A DNA stretch of 64,000 nt from contig JASTWF010000033.1 in the NCBI GenBank assembly GCA_030390025.1, forward strand, positions 3,846,001-3,910,000, given 5' to 3'. Under the pieces are notes generated by a model, which had not been told where the DNA came from, made no database searches, and saw nothing but the letters and a program-made list of their open reading frames with translations. The position numbers and the translations under genes were made by a program. This document shows positions 37,646-49,700 of this stretch, piece after piece (the stretch's first letter is position 1; every line of letters starts with the position of its first letter). The stretch is from Squalus acanthias (Eukaryota).

Positions 37646-39140
37646 AAGAGAAAGAATCACCCTGTATCTAACTCGTGCTGTACCTGCACAGGGAATGTTT
37701 GATAGGTCGATGCAGAGGAAGATTTACTCTGTACCTCACCGGTGCTGAACCTGCCCAAGGAGACTTTGATGGGACATTGTAGAGGGAGAGTCACTCTGTA
37801 TCTAACTAGTGTTGTACGTGCCCTGGATGTGACGAATGGGACAATATGGAGGAAGCTTAACTCTTTATCGAACCATTGCTTTACGTGCCCGGAGAGTGTT
37901 GGATGGGATAGCGTAAAGGGAGATTAAATCTGTATCTAACCCGGGCTGTAACAGCCCTGGGAGTGTTTGATGGGACTGTGCAGTTGGAGCAATACTCTGT
38001 ATCTAACCCGTGCTGTACCAACCCTGGGAGTGTGTGATGTGACACTGTAGATTGTGGTTAACTCTGCAGCTACCCCGTGCTTTACCTGCCCTGCTAGTAT
38101 TTGATGCGACAGTGTAGAGGGAGCTTTACTCTTTATCTAACCCGTGCTGTACCAGCCCTGGGATTGTTTGCTGGCACAATGTAGAGGTTGCTTTACACTG
38201 TTTATAAAACGTGCTGTACCTGACCTGGGAATGTTTAATAGAGCAATGTAGAGGAAGCTTGACTGTGCATCTTACCAGTGCCTTACCAACTTTGGATTTG
38301 TTGATGGGACTGTGCAGAGGGAGATTTATTATGTATCGAAACCGTGCTGTACCTGCCCTGGGAGTGTTTGATCGGACAATGTGGGTGAAGCATTACTCTT
38401 TATTTAACCATTGCTTTACGTGCCCTGAGCGTGATTGATAGGACAGAGTAGAGCGAGCCTTACTCTGTATCTAACCCGTGCTGTACATATCGTGGGAGTG
38501 TTTGATGGGCCAGTGCAGAGGGAGCTTTACTTTGTATCGATACTGTGCTGTACATGCACTGGGAGTTTTTGATGGGGCAATGTAGAGGGAGCTTCACTCT
38601 TTATCTAACTCGTGTTGTGCCTGCCCTGGGAGTATTTGATGGGAAAGTGTAAAGGGATATTTAATCTCTATCTAACTCATGCTGTACCTGCACTGGGAGT
38701 GTTTGGTGGGGCAGTGCAGTGGAAGCTTTACTCTGATTTTCACCAGAGAGAACTTGCACTAGGATTGTTTAATGGTACAGTGTAGAGTGAGGTTTACTCT
38801 GTATCTAACCCGTTCTGTATTTGCCCTGGGGGTGTTTGATGGTTCAGTGTAGAGTGAGGTTTACTCTATATCAAACCAGTGCTGCACCTGCTTTGGGAGG
38901 TTTGATGCCCAAGTCTAGAGTGACCTTTACTCTGTATCTAACCAATGCTGTTCCTGCACTGGGAGTGTTTGATGGGACAGTGTAGAGGGAGATTTATTCT
39001 CTATCTAACTCATGTTGTACCTATCGTGACATTGTTTGGTGGGACAGTGCAGAGGAAGCTTTACTTTGTGTGTCACCAGAGCAGCATTTGCCCTTGACGT
39101 GCTTGATGGTACAGTGTAGAGGGAGCTTTACTCTGTATCT
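37646..39140. repeat. 67-bp satellite, right portion (about 22 copies)
   Basis: Same unit and orientation as 33611-34060. Confidence 0.95.
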
Positions 39141-40643
39141 CTGATATATCCCATAACACTGACAGTAATACTCTCTGATATACCCCACACCCCTCACTGT
39201 AACACTTCGATATACACCACACCCCTCACTGTCACTGTCTGATATACCACACATGCCTCACTGTAGAACTCTGATATGCCCAACACCACATACTGTAACA
39301 CTCTGATGTACCTCACTGTAACACTCTGATATAGCCCACAACCCAAAGTAACACTATGATATACCCCAGAAACCTCATGTAACACTCAGATACATGCCAC
39401 ACCACTGAAGCACTCTTATCTATCCCACAGCACTCACTGGAACACACCCAACACTTTATCACTCTGATATCCCCCACACACCTCACTGTAAACATCGGAC
39501 ATACCGCACACCACTCACAGTAACTCTATTATATACTACACACCCCTCACTATAACACTCTGATATACCCACACATCACTCTGTAACCCTTTGATATACC
39601 CACACCCCTCACTATAATACTCTAATATGCATCGAAACATTGAGAAATAGAAGCAGCAGTAGGCCATTCGGCCCTTCGATCATGGCTGATCCTTTATCTC
39701 AATATCATGTTCCCGCTCTCTCCCCATATACCCCACACCACTCACTGTAACAATCTGATATATGCCACGCACTGGGCTGTTACTGCCCACAACACTCACT
39801 GTAATACTGATATACTTCGCACCGCTCACTGTAACACACTCTGATATACTGCACCCCCTCTCTGTAACACACTCTGATATAGTCCACAACCCAGACTGTA
39901 ATACTCTGAAAAAACCCACACATCAGCATTGTAAAATTATGATATACCCCACACCCCTCAATGTAACAATCTGATTTACACCACACCACTAACTGTATCA
40001 CTCTGATATACCCCACACACCTCATGGTAACACTCTGATATAACCCACACCGCTCACTATTACATTATGATATACCGACAACCCTCACTGTATCATTCTC
40101 TGATATACCGCACACCCCTCACGTTAAAACTCTGATATACTCCTCCCCCTCACTGTAACACACACTGATACCCCTCACTGTAACACTTTGATATACCCCA
40201 CACCCCTCGATGTAACAGTCTGATATACCCCACACCCCTCACTGTAACATATTGATATACCCAAGACTCCTCACTGTAACACACTGATATATTCCACCCC
40301 CTCACTCTAACACTCTGTGATATGGCCCATACTCCTCACTTTAACACTCTGATATTCCACACTCTCCTCACATTAACGGTCTGATATACCCTTACACCCC
40401 TCACTGTAACACACTGATATACCCACAACCCTCACTGTAACACTGATATGCCCCACACCCCTCACTGCAACACTGATATACCCCACACCTCTCACTACAA
40501 CACACTGATATACCCCTCAACCCTCACTGTAACACTCTGATATACCCCACTCCATTCACGGTAACCCTCTGATACATGTCACACTCTGGAACTTAACACA
40601 CCACACCACTCACTGTAATACTGATATACCTCGCACCACTCAC
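39141..40643. repeat. ~32-bp satellite, unit about ctgatataccccacacccctcactgtaacact
   Basis: Direct periodicity; interrupted by a CR1 tail scrap at about 39631-39728. Confidence 0.94.
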
Positions 40644-40894
40644 TGGTGCCACTGCCACTTTAATCCCATGGGCTTCAGTTTTGGTGATATGTGGTACTTT
40701 ATCAAGCATCTTTTAAAAATATAGAGCCATTGGGAAAGTGTGAGTAGTATCAATCATAAAACCATAGAATTGGTGAGCCAAGTTGTGTTGACATTGTTTT
40801 AGCGGAACATGACTTCCCACTCTGACCACAGAGCTCGCCAGTTTTCAATCAGTTAATTTCAATTACAGTGATTTAATTCCCATTTTATTTTTTA

Positions 40895-41090
40895 TATTTA
40901 TGTTTTCTCAGGATATGAGTGGCTCTATCAAGGCTGTTATTACTTGGCCATTCCCAGTTACCCATGATAAAATGGTGTGCATTCATCTTGAACCGCTGCA
41001 GTCCGTGTGGTGAAGGAGCTCCCACAATAATATTACGGAAGGAATTTCAGGCTTTTGACCCAATGACAATGAAGGAACGGCGATATATTT
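40895..41090 (-). mobile_element. Old 3' fragment of the CR1/L2-group LINE
   Basis: cttgaaccgctgcagtccgtgtggtgaagg..ttttgacccaatgacaatgaaggaacggcgatatattt matches about 34160-34265. Confidence 0.75.
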
Positions 41091-41094
41091 GTAG

Positions 41095-41505
41095 GTTACA
41101 GTAGCATAATGGTTATATTTCTAGACTAGTAAACCAGATGCCTGGACGAATAATCCTGAGTTCAAATCCCACCAGCTGGGGAATTTAAATTATATTAATT
41201 AAACAAATCAGGAATAAAAAGTTAGTGTCAGTAATGTTGACCATGAAACTACCGGATTTTCGGTAACAGCACATCTGGTTCACTAATGTCCTTCAGGAAG
41301 GGAAGCTGCTGTCGTTGCCCATTTTGGACGAAATGTGACTTCAAACCCACAGCAATGTGGTTGGCGATTAACGACCCGCTGAAATGGCCTAGCAAGCCAC
41401 TTTGTTGTATGAGGCGGCTCACCACCACTTTCTCCAGGGCAATTGGGGATGGACAATAAATGCTGGCCTTGCCTGCGACGTCCATATTCCAAGAATGAAT
41501 CAAAC
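41095..41505 (+). mobile_element. tRNA-derived SINE, same family as 14520-15005
   Basis: Colinear head (tagcataatggttat..gagttcaaatccc), body (ccatgaaact, catctggttcactaatgtccttcaggaagg) and tail. Confidence 0.8.
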
Positions 41506-41559
41506 AATAATTTCTTAATGATCATAATGATTTATAAAGAGTTATAATGATGTAACTAG

Positions 41560-42056
41560 AGCCGGCATCTTTGTTATGGGGCCCAAGAGCCGCCATCTTT
41601 GTGCGGGATGCCGGGCCGCCAGTTTTGAGCGGGATGCCGGAGTCGCCATTTTTGTTAGGGGCGTCGGAGTAGCTATCTTTGTGCGGGGCAACGGAGCCGA
41701 TATCTTTGTGCGGGGCACTGGAGCCGCACTTATTGTGCGAGACGTTGGCTCCAACATATTTATGCGGGGCACCGGAGCCACCCTAATTGTTCGGGACCCC
41801 GGGGGCACCTGAATTGTGCGTGGTGCCGCGGCCGCCATCTTTCTGCCGGGCGCCGGGGCCGCCATCTTTGTGGGGAACGCCAGGGCGGCCATCTTGTGCG
41901 CGGCGCGAGGGTACCAGCTTTGTAAGGAGCGCCAGGGTCACGATCTTGTGCGGGGCGCTAGGGTACCATCTTTGTAAGGAACGCCAGGGCCGCCATCTTG
42001 TACAGGACGCCGAGTCCACCATCTTTGTGCGGCACGCCAGAGCCGCCATCATTGTT
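41560..42056. repeat. 27-bp CpG-rich minisatellite (about 19 units) containing GCCGCCATCTT (YY1-type motif)
   Basis: Unit about gccgccatctttgtgcggggcgccagg; full motif at about 41589, 41832, 41858 and 41989, degenerate elsewhere. Confidence 0.9.
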
Positions 42057-42156
42057 ATGTAAATTTCCACGCGGCGGGCGGCCCAGCCCTTGGAAAACGG
42101 CTCGCCACAATATCAGAACACAGGGAGCTCTCAGGCTGCAAAGTCTCCGCTTCACA

Positions 42157-43058
42157 TCATCCTTTAATTAATTTTACAATCAGAGTAAAGTGATATTTTC
42201 CCACATTTTTCAGTTGCTCTCTGAACTTAGTCTGGATGACGGCATAAATCCCAATGTTTGTGCAGCAACTCAGCAGCTGCAGCATCAATCCTATTTCCCT
42301 TACATAATGCGGCAAAATTATAGACACAGGCCACAAATACCATATCCGCCTCAATATTTGATACACCATAAACACTGTCCACAACAGGATGAAGTTGCCG
42401 GAGATAACAAGCAGTAAAATGATGGATTTCCTGCGGCTCTCCATCTCTGGGTCTCTGGGACTCTCCCCACTGCTGGGACCCCGGAGTCTCCTGCGGTCTC
42501 TGCTGGACAGTAAAATGTGTCTGACGGTGAGAGCATTGAGCAGCAGAATCACAACAAATGGGACCCCGGGTGTGAGAATATAATGAAGGAATTCAATTGC
42601 TCCCCAGACCCGTGAAAACGTAATATCTATTGTTACATCACAAAACCAGGGGAGGTTCTGAAGCCGATACCCATCTGTGAACATAAAATACCAGAAAATA
42701 TTGTTTAAACCGCTCAGCACAGTCAATGTTCCCAGAGCCACAGCCGCCGTTTTCTCGGTGCAATATTTAGTTTTCAGCTTCTGGCGACAAATGGCCACAA
42801 ATCGATCAAAGGTGAAAGTGACGGTGAACCAGACAGAACAGTCTGTGGCTGCATAAAGCAGGACGGCGTGGATATTACACACGCGGATGGAATTCACGAA
42901 ATAAAACTGTTCCCTATAAAGAATCGGAATCTGCCTCAATATCAGGTCGAGGATAACAACCAGTAGATCAGCCGCTGCCATGGCCACCAGGTAGCGAGTG
43001 ACACATTTGGAGAGACCGCACTTTCCCCGAGACAGAATCACAATCGTAACTAAGTTCA
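42157..43058 (-). CDS. Class A orphan GPCR, GPR139/GPR142-like (chondrichthyan expanded type), coding exon 2 (end of TM1 to C-terminus)
   Basis: Open ~300-codon frame with hydrophobic TM segments, TM1 N, TM2 MAAADLL, TM3 TFDRFVAIC, TM5 P, TM6 FILLW, TM7 SCCTN..IY; acceptor tttcccttcctcacAG at 43060-43059 (the ORF track's start codon is a GTG overlapping the acceptor); TGA at 42159-42157. Confidence 0.92.
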
Positions 43059-44369
43059 CTGTGAGGAAGGGAAATAAACAGGGACCTTATACATCAGGCT
43101 GGGAACAAGAGCAGCAGTTTGAAGGAATTCGGGGAGAAATCAGCAACTCTTAGCGACATTCAATGATAAAATCTAATTCTATTGCCCGTGAAGCTGATTA
43201 CAGGGTTTGTTGTTAGAGTAATCGAGAATCTATTGTGGAATTAAGAAATGAAACGGGAATAAGTACAACATGAAAGAAACAGATATTTGATCAACGAGAG
43301 ATTGAATGGTAGATCTACCTTTAGACTAGCAGACAAAAACACCGCCCGAGGTACCAGGGACACAAACGACCAGAATCTCTCAGGAAGCCTTCCTGGCCCG
43401 GGATTGGTCAACATTTGGAGCGGTGCAATTCGCTTCAGTGCCGCTGTATCAGGGAGGGAGTAATCCCGCTTGGATTCCTGCTACTGCTTATAATATCCAT
43501 TATATTTAGAACTGAAAATGAATGCAATGGCAAAATACAGAAACTGCAATCTTGGTGTGCAATAATTACAGGCAATAGTATTTAAAATGTACGGAGGCAA
43601 TATGCAAGTGCTTAGATAATAAATACAAGTGCACTGCAATTATAAGGATAACTGGTAATTAAGAAGTGTTTGAAGAGTGAGCTTTCCATAGTTTTGTTGA
43701 AATACTCAAATTTTGGCTCATTAAATGGAAGATTTTCCAAATAAAATAGTAGAAAATGTAATCTAAATTAAAATACATAGTTATCACTGACCAGGTAATA
43801 TCCCACTAAATGCATTTATTACCGTCCTAATTAAGCGACTCATCCCACAGGCAGCGAGCCGCCGAACGCTTTCGTAAAGTATCTGAAAACAAGTGGAAGA
43901 TAATTATCCTTGTACTTTTTCACCTGTATGTGTACAACTTGCGCAACGAATATTCGTCGTGAAAATATGAAAGGATTTTCTTATCCTCAGTATTTCAGTT
44001 GCAATCAGATGGGATTGATTAACCTGCAGTACAGCAGGAGGCAATAGAGAATCACTCTGGATCTCACTGAGAGATCCACTGAACTGTGGCAGACGGGCAT
44101 GGGATCCAATAGTAGTTTCAAAACAGACACTGGAAATAAACACATTGATAAATGGCTGACCGATCGTTTTTTGAGAATTTAAATTATCCTTGTAATCCTA
44201 TTCTAACCATCAGAAACAGTATCAATAATGCAGATCTAGAGTTGGTGGGAAAGGAGACACTGACTGGAACTGAATGATTTGCGGATATTTCAGATATTGA
44301 AAATGTGTTTGTGATCTGCCAGGAGTAATTCCTGTGACTCTGTGTCAGTAACCAACCGACCATTCACTG

Positions 44370-44501
44370 AAAACAAAATCACATTACTGCGGATGCTGGA
44401 AATCTGAAATAAGAATAGAAAATGTTTTAAATACTCAGCAGGTCAGGCACCATCTGTGGAGAGTGAGAGAGTTAACGTTTCAGGTCGATGATCTTTCGCC
44501 A
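44370..44501 (-). mobile_element. Penelope terminal-repeat fragment in the GPCR intron
   Basis: Minus strand reads gcgaaagatcatcgacctGAAACGTTAACtctc..ccacagatg..cctgacctgctgagt; same family as the array hairpin arms, CUGA core lost. Confidence 0.8.
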
Positions 44502-44699
44502 TTAGGTGACAATTCACCTCAGCCAAGACAACATTCTTCTGATCTGTTACAAATGTTCAGTGTAGATAGCAGAACGAAATTCGTTAAGCAAAGAGTCTCG
44601 TCCAATATCCTTTCTTGAGTTGAATATAGAACAATTGAATCTTGGTAAAGCGGTATCACCTTCAGAATCAACAGCCGACAGCCGTGCGGATGGGATGAA

Positions 44700-44982
44700 G
44701 AATGACAAGGAGAGAAATACAATTAAACATGATTTATAGAATTAATAGCTGGATACAGAGACTTACCAGGGACACCAAAAATAGCGGGAGGGTGTGGGGG
44801 AGTAATTGACAAGAACAGTAATACAGCTAAAAATGATTTCCAGAATTAATACCAGGGACACCAACTGTAGCGAGAGGATGTGGGGGAGTAAATGACAAGA
44901 ACATTAATACAGTTAAACATGATTTATACAATTAATAGCTGGATACAGAGACTTACCAGGAACACCAACAGCAGCGAGGATG
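44700..44982 (-). repeat. Tandem partial duplications of the GPCR exon-1 3' end and splice donor
   Basis: Minus strand ggtgttcctg|GTAAGT (donor 44956-44951), ggtgtccctg|GTAAGT (44766-44761) and ggtgtccctggtatt (about 44870), with repeated intron sequence tctgtatccagctattaatt. Confidence 0.85.
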
Positions 44983-45139
44983 TGCCAGTCTTTTTAAACA
45001 ACAACTCTTGCATTAACAAAGATACAACAACTTGAAACACAGAATACAATTAATAGCTGAGTATGACCCGGTAAATAGCAGGAATAATATTACAGTGTAA
45101 AATGGTTTATAGAATTAATAACTGGACATAGATACTTAC

Positions 45140-45192
45140 AAGGAACACTAGCAGCAGAAAGAAGGTGATAGTAAATGTTTTGTATATCCTCC
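45140..45192 (-). CDS. GPCR exon 1, 3' part (EDIQNIYYHLLSAASVP, start of TM1)
   Basis: Ends cct t|GTAAGT (donor 45139-45134); phase 1 matches exon 2 (t+tg = Leu, then NLVTIVIL). Confidence 0.82.
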
Positions 45193-45935
45193 CCTCCCCT
45201 TTCAGCATTCCGAAGGAACCGCATCCTCCACAACCCCATAGTCCACTCCTCAATCACCCACAACAGCCCCTCCCCTCCCCACAGCACCTTCCCATGCAAG
45301 TGCAGGAGATGCAACACCTGCACTTTTACCTCCTCCCTTCCCATTCTCCAGGGCCCCAAACACTCCTTACAGAAATTTACTTGTACTTCTTACAATTTAG
45401 TATACTGTATTCGCTGCTCACGATGCGGTCTCCTCTGCATTGCGGAGAACAAACGCAGATTTGGTGATAGCTTTACGGAACACTTCTGTTCAGTCCATAA
45501 GCGTGACACCGAGCTTCCGGTCCCCTGTCACTTTAATTCGCTGCTCCCCTCCCACTCTGACATCTCGGTCCTCGGCTTCTTACATTGTTCCAATGAAGCT
45601 CAATTTAACCGCGAGGAACAGCACTTTATCTTTCTATTAGGCACTTTACAGCATTCTGGACACAACATTGAATTCCGCAATTTCGGACCATAACCTCCGC
45701 CCCTATTTTTATCAGGCGGCAGCTGTTGATGTTTCTCCCATCCCCATTTGCAACATTTAAGCACTCCTGCCTTCCACCCTATCACAGACAGACCCTTTTG
45801 TTCTTTGCTCCACCCCTTCCCAATTTCCCTGCCCCTGCAACTGCTTAAAATCTGTTACATCTCTAACTTTTTCATTTATCTCTCCCCGGATGCTGCCTGA
45901 CCTGCTGAGTGTTTTCAGCATTATCTGGTTTATTC
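45193..45935 (+). mobile_element. Penelope-like element 3' fragment (GIY-YIG endonuclease and terminal repeat)
   Basis: ORF 45175..45693: FPCKCRRCNTC, FTCTSYNLVYCIRCSRCGLLCIAENKRRFGDSFTEH, EEQHFIFLLGTL; ends gatgctgcctgacctgctgagt. Confidence 0.9.
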
Positions 45936-46002
45936 CAAAGTATTGTTGTTTACTCTCACTGTTCAAGAATACTTTCCGTAGATAACCTCGAACCCACGAC
46001 AT
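45936..46002 (-). pseudogene. Probable 5' part of GPCR exon 1 (MSWVRGYLRKVFLNSESKQQYF), separated by the Penelope insertion
   Basis: ATG at 46002-46000 in gagATG context, about 80 bp downstream of a TATA-like box; directly abuts the Penelope end. A simple rejoin is out of frame by one base. Confidence 0.5.
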
Positions 46003-46079
46003 CTCTTCTCTGAGAGCCTGGTGGCCTTTGTGCTGGAGGCAACGCGCTGATTGTGTGAGGTCACAAAGTGAAGAGTGTT

Positions 46080-46120
46080 CCTTATTTAGAGCAGAGGGAA
46101 ATCCCCGAGTGACATCATTA
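46080..46120 (-). promoter_or_regulatory. Candidate GPCR core promoter: CRE/ATF-like TGATGTCA and TATA-like TAAATAA
   Basis: TGATGTCA at 46117-46110 and TAAATAA at 46088-46082 on the minus strand; motif match only. Confidence 0.4.
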
Positions 46121-46261
46121 GGCCTCACTGTAACTGGCATTAATTACATTCATTGAACAAACAGACTCATTGATCCATTTTCACCACACACTTCATTACA
46201 ACACAATCCAGCTCACATAATTGTACACAGCTTTAAATTAAAAATGAGTTTATGGTCAATA

Positions 46262-46795
46262 TTTCACCATTCCTCAGTACAGGAATTTCATTCCCAGCGC
46301 CGCCCAGATTACACTGTTCCCGCCTTAGTCCAGGAATTTAATTTGCATTGACTCCTAGCTTACACTGCTCCCACCTCAGTGCAGGAATTTAACTCGCAGG
46401 GCCGCCTAGATTACACTGCTCCCGCCTCACTCCAAGAATGTAATTCATTGGGTCGCCTAGATTACACTGCTCCCGCCTCACTCCAGAATGTAATTCCCTG
46501 GGTCGCCTAGATTACACTGCTCCCACTTCAGTCCTGGAAATTAATTCCCCGTGCCGCTAAGATTACCAGGAACGTCCTTCCCATGGACGCCTAGATAATA
46601 CTATTGTTCCCTCAGTCCAGGAACTTTATTCCCATGGACGCCTTCATAACACTGCTTCCATCTCAGTCCAGGAATTACATTCCCAGATCCGACAAGATTA
46701 AACCGCTCCCGCCTCACTCCAGAATGTTGATGCCGAGGGCCACTTAGATTGCACTGCTCCCGCCTCAGTCATGGAATTTAACTCCCAGGGCTGCC
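46262..46795. repeat. 51-bp minisatellite, left portion (resumes at 51286-51380)
   Basis: ttacactgctcccgcctc at 46411 and 46462; about 10 copies. Confidence 0.92.
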
Positions 46796-49700
46796 ATAGA
46801 TTCATCGAGTCATAGAGTTATACAGCACAGAGAGAGGCCCTTCGGCCCATCGTGTCCGCGCCGGCCATCATTCCCTAACTATTCTAATCCGATTTTCTAG
46901 CACTTGGTCCATAGCCTTGTATGCTAAGGCGTTTCAAGTGCTCATCTAAATGCTTCTTGAATATTGTGAGGGTCCCTGCCTTTAAAATGCTTTCAGGCAG
47001 TGAGTTCCAGATTCCAACCACCCTCTGGTGAAAACGTTTTTTCCTTCAATCCCCTCTAAAACTCTTGCCCCTTAACTTGAAACTATGCCCCATGTTTATT
47101 AACCCCACTAATAAGGGAAAAGTTCCAATACTATCTTCCCTATCTATGCCCCTCATAATTTTGGACATCGGAATCATTTCCCCCCTCATCCTTCCCTGTT
47201 CTGAAGTGCTTTAGCCCAGGTAACATTCTGGTGAATCTCCTCTGCATCCTCTCCAATGCAATCACATCCTTCCTGTACTGAGGCGGCCAGAACTGCACAC
47301 AGTGTTCCAGGTGTGGCCTAACCAGCGTTTTGTAAACCTCCATCATAACGTCCCTGCTCTTATATTCTATGGCTCGGCTAATGAAGGCAAGTATCCCATA
47401 TGACTTTTTAAACACCTTATCTAGCTGTCCTGCTGCCCTCAGGGATTTATGAACATGTACACCAACGTCCCCGCGTTCGTCTGTCCTTCCTAGGGGCCTA
47501 CAATTCATTGTATATTCTCTTGCCTTGTAACAACTCTCAAAATGCATCACCTCACACTTTTCGGGGTAAAATTCCATTTGCCTCTGATCTGGCCAGCTGA
47601 CCAACCCATCTTATCGTCCTGCAGCATGAGGCATCCTTCCTTGATATTTAACACACAACCAATTTTCATGTCACCTGCGAAATTACTGATCATACCCCGT
47701 ACATTCATATCTGAATCATTAATGTACACTACAAACAGCAAAGGACACAGCACCGATCCCTGCGGTACACCACTGGACACAGGCCTCCAGTCACAAAAAC
47801 AACCTTCGAACATCACCCTCTGCCTCCTGCCATTAAGCCAATTTTGGATCCAATGTGCCAAATGTCCCTGGATCCCATGGGCTCTTAACTTCTTGACCAG
47901 TAACCCATGCGGAAATTTGTCAAAAGCCTTACTAAAATCCATGTAGACTACTTCAACTGCACTACACTCATCCACACACCCAGTCATCCCCTCGAAAAAT
48001 TCAATCAAATTGGTCAGACATGATCTCCCCCTGACAAAGCCATGCTGACTATTCTTTATTAATCCATGCCTCTCCAAGTTGAGACTAATTCTGTCCATCT
48101 GATTTTTTTCCAATAATTTTCCGACCACTGATGTTAGGCTCACTGGCCTGTAATTACCTGGTTTATCCCTATTACCTTTGTTGAACAATGGTACTACGTT
48201 AGCTGTTCTCCAGTCCTCTGGCACCTCCCCTGTGTTCAGGGAGGTTCTGAAAATTTGTGTCAGAGCCCCTGCAATCTCCCCCCTTGCCTTACACAGCAGC
48301 CTGGGATACATCTCATCTGGGCCTGGGGATTCATCCACCTTTAAGCCCGCTAAAACCGCTAGTACCTGCTCCCTCTCCATCCTAATTTTTTCAAGTATAT
48401 CACCATCCACCTGCCTGATTTATATGTCTGCATCGTCCTTCTCCATAGTGAACACCGATGCCAAATATTCATTTAAAACCTCAGCTACATCCTCCGGCTC
48501 TGCACACAAATTACCACTTTGGTCCCCAATAGGCCCTACTCTTTCCCTGGTTATCATCTTGTACTTAATATACTTATAAAACACATTGGGATTTTCCTTT
48601 AATATGGCGGCCACTGTTTTTTCATGCTCCTTCTTCGCTCTCCTAATTTCCTTTTTAAGTACCCCCCAGCACTTTCTATCATCCTCTAGGGCTTCCACTC
48701 AATTTAGGACTTTGTATCTGCCAAAAGCCTCCATTTATTTCCGCATCCATTCTTGTACATATCTTGACATCCAGGGTTCCCTGGGATTGTTGGGCCCACC
48801 CTTGACCTTTATGGGAAAATGTTGGCGTTCTACTCTCGCTATTTCATTTCTGAAAGACTCCCACTGCTCTGATGTGGATTTTCCGACAAGTAGCTCATCC
48901 CAGTCCACTTTGGGTTGATCCTGCCTAATCATATTAAAATCGGCTTTCCCCCAGTTTAGAACATTAATTTCTGGTGAATGTTTGTCCTTTTCCATGACTC
49001 CCTTAAATCTCACCGAATTATGGTCACTGTCACCATAATGCTCACCAGTGGCACATCTACCACTTGCCCGGCTACATTCCCTAGAATTAGATCCAGTTAC
49101 GCCCCCTCTCTTGTTGGACTTTCTGCATGCTGGTCAAAAGCTCTCCTGGATGCACTTTAAGAATGCTGCACCCTCTAAGCATTTCGCACTCTCACTGTCA
49201 AAATTAATATTTGGGAAGTTGAAAATTCCTTCTATTATTATCCTATTATTTCTACACTTCTCTGAGATTTGCCTACATCTCTGTTCATCTATCTCCCCCT
49301 GGCTGTTTGGGGGCGTATAGTACACTCCCAGAAAAGTGCTTGCCCCTTTTTGTTTTTAAGTTCTACACATATGGCCTCATTAGAGGAACCTGAGAATATA
49401 TCATCCCTCCTTACAGCAGCAATGGACTCTTTGAAAAATATTGCGATACCCCTCTTTTGGACAGCCCCCCCTGTCTCGCCTGATGTTTCTATACATCGGA
49501 ATATTGAGCTGCCAGTCCAGCCCTCCCTCGACCATGTCTCTGTGATAGCATTAATATCATACTCCAATGTGTTCGTCAATAACTTCAATTAATCTGCCTT
49601 ACTTGCAAGACTCCTTTCATTAAAATAAATACCGTTCAGCCTTGCCATACCTCCTTGTGCCGTTACATATTTGCTCTGCCTTCCAGGATGAATTGTTTTT

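Noticed and set aside
33611..40643. Regularly spaced repeats resembling a CRISPR array
   Set aside because: Units are contiguous degenerate copies with no unique spacers and no cas genes, in vertebrate DNA.
41542..42070. ORFs with TKMAAP repeats
   Set aside because: AAGATGGCG in the 27-bp unit translates as KMA; this is a DNA motif, not evidence of a protein.
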